Below, piece after piece: positions 1-7,637 of a DNA stretch of 64,000 bases. The DNA is from Anaerolineales bacterium. GTDB lineage: Bacteria; Chloroflexota; Anaerolineae; Anaerolineales; UBA11858. The notes below the pieces were generated by a model that saw nothing but the letters and a program-made list of their open reading frames with translations, made no database searches and was not told the DNA's origin. Positions within the stretch are counted from its first letter, which is position 1. Every line of letters begins with the position of its first letter. The DNA lies in assembly GCA_046483045.1 (NCBI GenBank), contig JAWODY010000005.1, positions 512-64,511 of the forward strand. The letters are read 5' to 3'. The translations under genes and the position numbers were made by a program.

Positions 1-1080
1 CCTTTTCAGATCCCGGTTGCCCCGTTTTGACATCCGGGTCCGGTCAATGGTTTGGGAGGTTTCCAAACCTGCAAAAAATCCCGTATAAGCCACATACTTG
101 CGGTAATTTGAAAAGCGTTTGATGTCTCCTGTAGCTGAAATGATCGTTCCTAAAGAGATTGGGGTAGTGTATGGCAGCTGTGATAACAGCCTGTATTCCG
201 GACGAGCTACCACTCTTTCTTTGACATATCGATCCAGCGTTGCCTTGGCTTGAAAATTATCCAGCATGTAGTCGGTCAGCCATCCTAATCGCCAGGCCCG
301 TCCCGGATCCGGAAGCACCCCAGAGCTGCTGCGGGCAAGCTCTTGAAGTTCATCAGCTCGTTTTGCATGATGGTAGGCTCTCACCTCCCAAAGCACGTCA
401 GTGATCTCTTCTGGAGCAGCGGCAGCAATCTCCACAGGAGAAGGGTAGTGGTGCATCAAGGTCACCGGGGCGATCGAAGACACACTTCCGGTGAAGAAGG
501 TTTTGAGCTCTGGGAAAACGACCGCCATGAGCTGGGAAAATTGATTGCGTGTCCGCGTCAAAACCGTTTTCACTTTCCAGGTGTCCCGACACAGCTGCAG
601 CAGCTCCCGGTCCTCTGGGTTCAGCAAGTGCAGGGGCCGCAAAGAAAACTCTTCTCCCACCGCTTCATGCAAATACCCGATCCTGGTCATCACGCGAGCA
701 TCCATGGGATCCGTCTTGGGAATGTGGCCAAAGATCTTCTCTCTCATATGCCGGGTCAGGCTGTTTTCAATCCACCACATGGGATAGCCTTGACTGAGCA
801 GGTATTGGTACACCGTGACGCCGTAGAACCCGCCCGTAGGCTCACACAATCCCAGATAAGTTTCTGGACGTGGGCAAAACTTATCCAGATAGGCTTGCAG
901 CTTTTCCAGTCCCACCTGGGTGCTGGGAAACTCAAGAAAGGGAGCTTTCTTCCAACCCTCCCCCTTCTGAAGAAAATCTTCCAGGCTGACCACGACAGCC
1001 ACATGCGCTTTGTAGCCAACATCTACACCCAGGTAATATCGCTCGGGTAACCCTTTACCAAATTTATTCAGGAATGTCAT
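1..1080 (-). mobile_element. IS110-family (DEDD) transposase gene, first 360 codons; C-terminus lies beyond the window start
   Basis: Edge ORF absent from the supplied track. Manual reverse-strand translation from ATG 1080..1078 is open to position 1: MTFLNKFGKGLPERYYLGVDVGYKAHVAVVV..GLCEPTGGFYG..IPKTDPMDARVM..RMSKRGNRDLKR. The LGVDVG, EPTG, KTD-x-DA and SKRGN motifs are typical of IS110/IS116/IS902 transposases. Confidence 0.85.
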
Positions 1081-1755
1081 CTGCCGCTCCTCTTGTTTAT
1101 TAGGTGGAGGCCAAGCCAAGTCTCCAAAAATACGTAGAGTGGTCGCTTGCGCGCCACAACGGTTTCTAGCATGGCTGACTTGGCCTGGACCTCCTCGATG
1201 TGATTCGAGCTAGTAACCGTACGTGTAGCATACCCAAGTTTGCAAGATGTAGAAGGCAACGCCGGATTGCCAACCCGCCAAATGATACGTACAAGGGTCA
1301 CTGTGCGTGCCCTAACGGTCTTAGCAGTGGTCTGTCTTTGTTCCTGTTTTATTGAACAAAGACCTGGGTTGGCGGCGCCCAACGTTGTTGAAATGGGTCA
1401 CTATGTGCCCAAATATTCTGTTATGGGTCGCCGCCGTTGCCTTCTGAACGGCTTATGATATGGCTATTCTGTTGTTAAGGTGCAGAACTGCTTATACCAG
1501 ACATGTTGCTTATGTACTCATCTTACCGGAAATCGGTTCAATTTTGAAGCAGTTTCGCTCGAATTTGATGGGGTTTGCCCTAGACCGTTGTTGAACGGCA
1601 GCACCTTAGATTTCAACGTGTATCATAGACAACCGAAGCAAGCAGAGGTGGTGACTTCGAAAGATGTCGAACACCGGAAATCGAAACCGGCTCCCGATCA
1701 CCCCTGGCGTTATGATGGATCTAACCTTGATGGACAACGTACCCATGCCTCTAAT

Positions 1756-1800
1756 TAGGACGTTTTAACTTTGCTGGGCAATAGGACATTTTAACTTTGC
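1756..1800 (+). repeat. Tandem direct repeat, 2 x 19 nt TAGGAC(G/A)TTTTAACTTTGC, 26-nt period
   Basis: Copies at 1756..1774 and 1782..1800 differ at one position. They lie in the ORF-free spacer between the IS110 gene and the hydrolase gene. Confidence 0.6.
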
Positions 1801-2054
1801 CTTGGCACCCTTTTCCACCGTTTTATTAATATGTTTGAATATGTTAAATATTGTGTTTATTGGTTTGGATACCAAGGGGGTTTTTGTGTGTTTATTCCTT
1901 TATGGGGAGGCAAGGTGCGGGGATGCTTTTTCACAATGAAACTCATGCTTGAAGCGCCAGTGATAGAATCAATGTGCTGTCCGGATTCCTGTCATTTTTT
2001 TAAAATTTTTTCTCTTAAGTTTGACTCTGATAGAATCTAGGGTGATAAGGTGTC

Positions 2055-2831
2055 GTGTTCAAAGACGGAAGCGTGGAGATTATGTTCAAGCGGAAATGGC
2101 TTCGGTGGATGCTTGCTGCATCTTTGATACTGATCGTACTTGGGGGAGCTGGGTTTATCCTTTGGGCTGAGAACACTCCTCAACCTGGATTGGATGCTGT
2201 TCGAGCTTTACAATCCTCCAGCGCTGTTCGGATTTCCGTGAATGGGTCGCTTCAATTTCAACCAAAGAGGGATGATATAAACACGGGTTTCATCCTCTAC
2301 CCGGGTGGGCGGGTGAGAGCGGAATCTTATGCTGTTTTATGTCATCGAATCGCAAGCAAGGGGTACTTGGTTGTGGTTCCACGCATGCCATTGCATTTAG
2401 CGGTGTTTGATATCGATGCCGCAGAAGGGGTCATGAGAGCGCATCCGGATATTGACCAATGGGTGATTGGCGGTCATTCGTTGGGTGGGGCTATGGCTGC
2501 AGCCTTTGCGGAGAGACAACCAACTTCTTTGAAGGGGTTGATACTCTGGGCAGCTTTTCCTGGCGATAATACTGATCTAAGAGAATCGGGTTTAGAGGTC
2601 CTTTCGATATACGGCACAAGAGACGGACTGGCGACTCCGGAGGAAATTACCGGGGGGGCTGACCAATTGCCGGAAGATACCCGATGGGTGGAAATTAAGG
2701 GGGGAAATCATGCCGGATTTGGTTCGTATGGGTGCCAGAGAGGAGATCTATCAGCAACGATTTCCCTGGAATCCCAGCAAAGGATCATCGTTAGGGCTAC
2801 CAGCGATTTTTTAGGAAACTTTCAAAAATAA
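2055..2831 (+). CDS. Membrane-anchored alpha/beta-fold hydrolase
   Basis: N-terminal TM anchor (WLRWMLAASLILIVLGGAGFILW). Nucleophile elbow GGHSLGGAMAA and C-terminal GGNHAGF. The real start may be the ATG at 2082. Confidence 0.7.
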   Translation: MFKDGSVEIMFKRKWLRWMLAASLILIVLGGAGFILWAENTPQPGLDAVRALQSSSAVRISVNGSLQFQPKRDDINTGFILYPGGRVRAESYAVLCHRIASKGYLVVVPRMPLHLAVFDIDAAEGVMRAHPDIDQWVIGGHSLGGAMAAAFAERQPTSLKGLILWAAFPGDNTDLRESGLEVLSIYGTRDGLATPEEITGGADQLPEDTRWVEIKGGNHAGFGSYGCQRGDLSATISLESQQRIIVRATSDFLGNFQK

Positions 2832-2849
2832 GTAGAGAAAAAAAACTTG

Positions 2850-4112
2850 TTACGGGCAGCGAATTAACCCCTGCGCCCACAGGCACGTTCCACAGGCGGG
2901 GTGGTCGTTGCCCAGACAGTCTTCTAAGTTATTATCGGCTATGTTACAGCTGTTGCACGAAGTGCAGGGAGAAAAAGAAAAGTTCTTCAACGCGCCGCGG
3001 AATTCCCTGTAAGTCTGGTCCTGCCATAGGTCGGAGAGAGTTTGGGTGGAAAGGTTTCCGATATGGTGGGCGTGGGAAAGGTGCTTTCTTTCGTCCAGGT
3101 AAAATGGATGCGTATGCAGCAGAGGCAGGCAGGGGCTGAGCGCACCGTCCCAGCGTACGGCCGTGGAGCGGCGTTCTAGGAAAGGGCAGCAGGGGTATTG
3201 TCTGTCTAAATCCGCTCCGTTTATGTCCGTACGAATTTCATGATCTTGATAAACCTTACGTGTCGCTGCGGGCAGGTTGGCGGAGGGGAAGCGGGGCAGG
3301 CTGAGGCGGATCCGCGGATCCCTCCCCGGATCTGGGGGGACGTGATCCAGCAAGGGACGGTAGAGGATGTCCTCCAGCTGTTCCTCCCGATGGGGAAGGA
3401 GGTTGGTGACAAAAAACCGGGTCGCGCCCAGGCGCTGGCCGAGTTCGAGCACGGCGGGCAGTTCATCGATATTGCCCTGAGAGGCTACAAACGAGATCCC
3501 CAGCCGGGGTTTGCCTGCCCAGCGGGCGTCGGCAAAGGCCTTTCTGCGGGCAGATAACAGGAATTCCAGGTTCTCGATCACCTCGGGCAGTTCTGCGCCC
3601 AACCGCACATCCGCGTAACTTTCCGGAGATGCTCCATCGATAGAAACCCACAGCATATCCAACCCGGCATCGATCAGCTTGTCCGACATCTCAGACGAGA
3701 GCAGCATCCCATTGGTGATCAGCGAGGTGTGAAATCCCTCTACTTTCGTTTCCTGGATCATGGTCAGGATGTGAGGGTGAAGCAGCGGTTCCCCGTAGCC
3801 GCCAAAAAAGAACTCAATCGGGCCCGCCAGGGAAGCAGCCTCCTGGAGCAATTTCCGGAACAGGGAAAGTGTCAGAAAACCTCCCTCATTCTTATCCCAC
3901 ACATTCCGCATACAGGTCCGGCAGTTCAGATTGCAGCGGTTGGTGACTTCAAGGTAGATGCGGCGCAGGTGGTGAATGGAGGGTTTGAAGGTGATACCTT
4001 GTTCATGGAACTGCATGTCAACTCTGCCGTTGGCACCCTTCCCCAGCTTTTGCTGTGCTCTTGGCGGCAGTTGCAGTTGTCCGTCTTCATCCATCTCAGG
4101 TAAAAAATTCAT
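2850..4112 (-). CDS. Radical SAM enzyme with C-terminal SPASM-type auxiliary cluster domain
   Basis: CNLNCRTC (CxxxCxxC) and GGYGEPLL. CPFLERRSTAVRWDGALSPC fits C-X13-G-X4-C, followed by CTSCNSC..C..CGTC..C. The N-terminal ~45 aa (DGQLQLPPRAQQKLG..) looks AbrB/SpoVT-like, which is inference. Confidence 0.85.
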   Translation of the reverse strand: MNFLPEMDEDGQLQLPPRAQQKLGKGANGRVDMQFHEQGITFKPSIHHLRRIYLEVTNRCNLNCRTCMRNVWDKNEGGFLTLSLFRKLLQEAASLAGPIEFFFGGYGEPLLHPHILTMIQETKVEGFHTSLITNGMLLSSEMSDKLIDAGLDMLWVSIDGASPESYADVRLGAELPEVIENLEFLLSARRKAFADARWAGKPRLGISFVASQGNIDELPAVLELGQRLGATRFFVTNLLPHREEQLEDILYRPLLDHVPPDPGRDPRIRLSLPRFPSANLPAATRKVYQDHEIRTDINGADLDRQYPCCPFLERRSTAVRWDGALSPCLPLLHTHPFYLDERKHLSHAHHIGNLSTQTLSDLWQDQTYREFRGALKNFSFSPCTSCNSCNIADNNLEDCLGNDHPACGTCLWAQGLIRCP

Positions 4113-4636
4113 AGAGTGTTTTCCAGTACCTGTCGGCGGTCTTGATAGGTAGGTTCATTGTAGAGGGGGGTGCATTCCCGGGGAGATCGTTCTCCGTTCA
4201 ACAGCGCATAGGCGAAGGCCATGCAGGTGGCTTTCCCGCATTGTTTGCAGTTGGTCCCGGGCAGAACGGGATAGATGTCCAGGGGGCGCGGGGGACGCTT
4301 GCGTTTTTTGACAGCGCTGAGTTCCCTGCGGTTGGCCCACGTGAAATTCACGAGATCGGCAAGCGCGTTGAGCAGTTCAAGCCCTTGATCGAGATCCTCC
4401 ACCTGGGTGATAGAAACCCGGTCCGGATACATGGAGATTAACCCCGCCGAGCGGCGCATGGCCAGGGACAGGGTATCCGGATTGAAGCTGATCACGCTGG
4501 GGAGAGACGCTACGTAAGGTAAAACGTTTTTCAGGGATCGGGAAGGGTTACCGGTGACGATGATTTTCCCCGGTTCTGCCAGGCAGGGTTTCGTTTCTGT
4601 GAGGACAATACGGTCCAGGTAAAGATCATCACTCAT
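4109..4636 (-). CDS. Fe-S-domain protein, partner of the radical SAM gene
   Basis: ATGA stop/start overlap with the radical SAM ORF at 4109..4112. The C-terminal CKQCGKATCMAFAYALLNGERSPREC resembles the 'putative Fe-S cluster' domain found in RnfB and corrinoid Fe-S proteins. The N-terminal ~120 aa are unassigned. Confidence 0.6.
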   Translation of the reverse strand: MSDDLYLDRIVLTETKPCLAEPGKIIVTGNPSRSLKNVLPYVASLPSVISFNPDTLSLAMRRSAGLISMYPDRVSITQVEDLDQGLELLNALADLVNFTWANRRELSAVKKRKRPPRPLDIYPVLPGTNCKQCGKATCMAFAYALLNGERSPRECTPLYNEPTYQDRRQVLENTL

Positions 4637-4705
4637 GGCAAGTCATTTGAACAGGTCCCCGCTGATCTGCTGGCGGCCCGCACCAGGTGCCTTGATGTGA
4701 ACTTT

Positions 4706-4852
4706 TCAACCGCCTTCAAGCAGTCTTTTGGCCTCCCCTTTGAAATGCTCTTTCAAGAAAGACAAAGCTGCCTCAGAATCTTCATTCATGAAGATGCGCA
4801 GCAATTCCATTAATTCGCGATCGCTTACTAAGGTTTGCAGTGTCTTTTTCAT
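4706..4852 (-). CDS. Tiny ORF, 48 aa, predicted helical (MKKTLQTLVSDRELMELLRIFMNEDSEAALSFLKEHFKGEAKRLLEGG)
   Basis: Found by manual translation; it is below the track's size cut-off. It is co-directional, sitting between the 70-aa ORF and the Fe-S-domain gene. No motif recognised. Confidence 0.3.
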   Translation of the reverse strand: MKKTLQTLVSDRELMELLRIFMNEDSEAALSFLKEHFKGEAKRLLEGG

Positions 4853-4888
4853 GGATTCCTCTCCCAATCGGGTGGGCTCATAACTTTT

Positions 4889-5101
4889 TTACCGGCAGTC
4901 GCTGCAGAGGTCTGTATCCAGGTTTGTATAATACTCTTTCCCGCACGAGGGGCAGGTCACATGGCGGAAATTTGCTTTCCAGCTTTTTTTCTTGGGTTGC
5001 AGGTCTGGGGGCAGGGAGGCAAAGGGATCTCCGCTGCAGCTGCATGAGGGGAGAGCTTCTGCAGCCTCTTCTTTATTTGTGAGATCGTCAGATGCTTTCA
5101 T
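4889..5101 (-). CDS. Small Cys-rich protein (70 aa) with C-terminal zinc-ribbon-like CxxC..CxxC
   Basis: Contains PSCSCSG, then CPSCGKEYYTNLDTDLCSDC. It is co-directional within the cluster. Confidence 0.45.
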   Translation of the reverse strand: MKASDDLTNKEEAAEALPSCSCSGDPFASLPPDLQPKKKSWKANFRHVTCPSCGKEYYTNLDTDLCSDCR

Positions 5102-5190
5102 ATGCTTCCTCTTTGAGGTTCTGTGCTTCCTTTTCTTCTTAATCCAAAAATGGGGTAAGGTTTTCAGTGATTCGAACTGGTATATGCGTC

Positions 5191-6348
5191 TTATTCTTCA
5201 TTTTGGGTTAAGGCTTCCAGGAATGGATTCAGACTGAACAGCAGCAGGAGGGCGAGAATGATTGCCGAAGAAGTACACCACATGCACACCGCTTCGATCA
5301 CGAAGGGTTCCAGATAGGTGAGATAGAGGGAGAGCAGCACACCAAACAAACTCATCCCGAATATTGCCAGGGGTGCCTTCTTGGCCCATACGTCCTGCCG
5401 AGTGTACTCCCAAACCCAGGCCGCCAGGATGGCCAGATAGCCCCCCATCCCAAGCACACCTACGGGCAGTACGCCGAATAATCGTGCGTACGGGCTGCTC
5501 TGCACCGCATTGCAGTCACCCACCGGTCCGCAGACGGCCTCGACGAGTTGGGTCTCTACATAAGCCAGGTATCCAGCCACACCCAGCCCGACCAGCGCCA
5601 AAAGGGGAACGGCCCATTTTTGCCAGGCCGGCATTGGACCAGGGGGTTGGTCGAGAAACGTGGTAAAGGCGATGCGAATCAGGCTGTACAACAGGGCAGC
5701 GATCATGATGACCATCGTCCCGATGGCGATCCAGTACCCTTCGGGGCGTGTCGGAACCGGGTCAGGGGGTGAACGTTCTTCAGAAGTGGGGGAGGGCAGC
5801 GGTTCCTGTATTACATAGGGCTCATTGCACTCCAGTGGAGTGGTAGGGGGGCAGCTTTCTTCATTTTCACTTTGTTCTGAGAGGAAGGGGGCGATTTCAG
5901 GGTAATCCGGAAGGCTCACGCCGCCCTGGTTCAGGTGCCTTTCGATCAGCTCCGGCAGTTTTGATCGAATTTGGCTGGAGCCGAGCAAAACCTGATCCCC
6001 GATGATCAAGAATGGGACGCCAACCTGTTCTTTGGGGATGCCGTAGTGCTCGGCGATATCGTACAGGCGGTTGATGTTCTCCAGGGAGGATACTTCCGCC
6101 AGGGTGATTTGAAGCTGGCCACCGTACTGCTCATCCAGGGGAGGAAGGACATTTTCCAGCACGTCATGGCAGTGAGGGCAGCCTTCCATCCAAAGCATGA
6201 CCGCTTGAACCACAGGCTGCTCTGTCGCTTTTTGGGCATTTACATTGTTAAAGGAAAAAGTTACAAACACAGCAAGAAGAAGGATGGGGAGGGTAATCAG
6301 CAGTGTCTTTTTCATAGGATTTTGTGTAATGGCCCCGTAGGATTTCAT
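5191..6348 (-). CDS. Thioredoxin-like domain fused to a VKOR (vitamin K epoxide reductase family) membrane domain
   Basis: Signal anchor, a Trx-fold domain with CPHC, and a Pro/Ser/Glu-rich linker. The polytopic domain carries the loop pair CGPVGDC and the active site CMWC. Confidence 0.8.
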   Translation of the reverse strand: MKSYGAITQNPMKKTLLITLPILLLAVFVTFSFNNVNAQKATEQPVVQAVMLWMEGCPHCHDVLENVLPPLDEQYGGQLQITLAEVSSLENINRLYDIAEHYGIPKEQVGVPFLIIGDQVLLGSSQIRSKLPELIERHLNQGGVSLPDYPEIAPFLSEQSENEESCPPTTPLECNEPYVIQEPLPSPTSEERSPPDPVPTRPEGYWIAIGTMVIMIAALLYSLIRIAFTTFLDQPPGPMPAWQKWAVPLLALVGLGVAGYLAYVETQLVEAVCGPVGDCNAVQSSPYARLFGVLPVGVLGMGGYLAILAAWVWEYTRQDVWAKKAPLAIFGMSLFGVLLSLYLTYLEPFVIEAVCMWCTSSAIILALLLLFSLNPFLEALTQNEE

Positions 6349-6758
6349 CTATTTCATCAACCGCTCATCCGGGGAGCAGGCATCCTGCGCTGCAGCAGCC
6401 ATCTCCGGTGAACTGCTCACCTCGCCCGCGAAGGAGCGGTCCTGAATCCAGAAAGTGACGTTGACCAGCCCGATCATCAACAGGACCCCAATCAGGAACC
6501 CTATACCGCGCCGAAGGCCATCCCGGAATCGATGCCAAAGACCGCCAAAGCCACAGCGATGGCCAACTCAAAGTTGTTGCTGGAGGCGTAGAAAGCCAGG
6601 GTGGTGGACTGCGAATAGTCAGCCCCGATGCGGTGGCCCATCCAGAAGCTGACCAGGAACATGAGCACGAATTCGTGCGAGAGTTTATCAAGGATTTCGA
6701 TACGCACCGGATGGGTGATAGCCGTGATCAAATCAGCTATGTGCGTATATTTACTCAT
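6349..6758 (-). pseudogene. Deletion remnant: an ArsR N-terminus fused to an Acr3 (arsenite efflux) C-terminus, also frameshifted
   Basis: [26 protein letters not shown] is an ArsR-type HTH start. It runs directly into [51 protein letters not shown], an Acr3 tail. A stop occurs at ~6501, and the Acr3 end ([19 protein letters not shown]) continues in another frame to the TAG at 6349..6351. Confidence 0.7.
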
Positions 6759-6832
6759 CGGTTTTCCTTGCAAATCCAACCAAAGTTTATAATCATTGCA
6801 GCTCATCCTTCCGCAGGGCCCATGCTTGGTGA

Positions 6833-7099
6833 TTATTCCACCCCGGCCTCGTGTAACGCCCCGATGAGGCTTTGCTTGCTCGGCGCTAGCCCGACAAACT
6901 TGACCAGGTCACCAATCACCATGGCTGGTGCGTTATCAATGGCATGTTCCGACCACTCTTTATCGCCAGGGCCAGTATGAAAAACAATCTCGATTTGATC
7001 GCTGAACTCGGATTCTATTTCCTTCAACAGCCTTTTCACAGCTACCCCACCCGAACATGGAGGGATGGAGACAAACGCTTCAATTCTCACTTTAGACAT
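6833..7099 (-). CDS. Small thioredoxin-fold paralogue (88 aa) with a degenerate active site (PPCSGG, single Cys)
   Basis: Same length and pattern as its neighbours (beta-strand start, PPC.., ..APAMVIGD..). It overlaps the upstream ORF by 13 nt. Confidence 0.55.
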   Translation of the reverse strand: MSKVRIEAFVSIPPCSGGVAVKRLLKEIESEFSDQIEIVFHTGPGDKEWSEHAIDNAPAMVIGDLVKFVGLAPSKQSLIGALHEAGVE

Positions 7100-7362
7100 A
7101 GTCCACCTTCCCGTAAGGCATTATTGAGTGTCGCTTCACTGGGGCACATTCCCTCTATTCGAATGCTGCCATTGACCACCGCTGCCGGTACGCAAAAGAG
7201 TTGGTATGCTTCGAACTTTTCCAGACCTTCAGCGCCCTCCAGAATGGTCAGTTCCAACTCGTCTTCATACTTTGAGGCTACTTTTTGCGCCAATTCGATG
7301 ATGGCAACACACCCTGGACAGGGCGGATTGCCACTAAAAACTTCTAATGTGACCATTTTCAT
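7087..7362 (-). CDS. Small thioredoxin-fold protein (91 aa), CPGC motif
   Basis: VTLEVFSGNPPCPGCVAII..CVPAAVVNG.. follows the pattern of the redox-active disulfide protein 2 / Thioredoxin_3-type family. Confidence 0.6.
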   Translation of the reverse strand: MKMVTLEVFSGNPPCPGCVAIIELAQKVASKYEDELELTILEGAEGLEKFEAYQLFCVPAAVVNGSIRIEGMCPSEATLNNALREGGLCLK

Positions 7363-7616
7363 CCTCCTATTTTCTGTTTAATGACAGCTGCTAACTTCTT
7401 AGCGGGAACAATTTTTCCTCTGCCAACGATTTCATCATCGACAACCACGAGCGGCGTTGTGATCAAGCCATATTGGTCAGCTTCCGGTCCCAACGCATCG
7501 AGGTGAAGCACCTCAACCTGTTCAGGAAATTGCTCCGCCGCTTTCTGTGCCTGTTTTTCAGCGCGTTTACAATTTGCGCACGGCGGGGTGGTGCCAAAAA
7601 TCTTGATTTGAATCAT
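7359..7616 (-). CDS. Small thioredoxin-fold protein (85 aa), CANC motif
   Basis: IQIKIFGTTPPCANCKRAEK..TTPLVVVDDEIVGRGKIVP. It has a 4-nt stop/start overlap with the next ORF. Confidence 0.65.
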   Translation of the reverse strand: MIQIKIFGTTPPCANCKRAEKQAQKAAEQFPEQVEVLHLDALGPEADQYGLITTPLVVVDDEIVGRGKIVPAKKLAAVIKQKIGG

Positions 7617-7637
7617 GATACCTCCTCATGCTTTTCT

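Noticed and set aside
343-1050. 235-aa plus-strand ORF, and other track ORFs inside 1-1080
   Set aside because: It is antisense to an uninterrupted IS110 transposase frame with clear family motifs. The plus-strand product is R/H/G/P-rich with no motifs.
4643-4852. The TGA ending the 48-aa ORF could encode selenocysteine, extending it to 69 codons that end 7 nt before the next gene
   Set aside because: No convincing SECIS-like hairpin lies at the right distance. There is no Cys/Sec redox motif around the UGA (..EGG-U-KVH..). The usual selenoprotein candidates in this window (HdrA, MvhD, HoxH) all use Cys. This is worth only a glance if selA/selB/selC are found in the genome.
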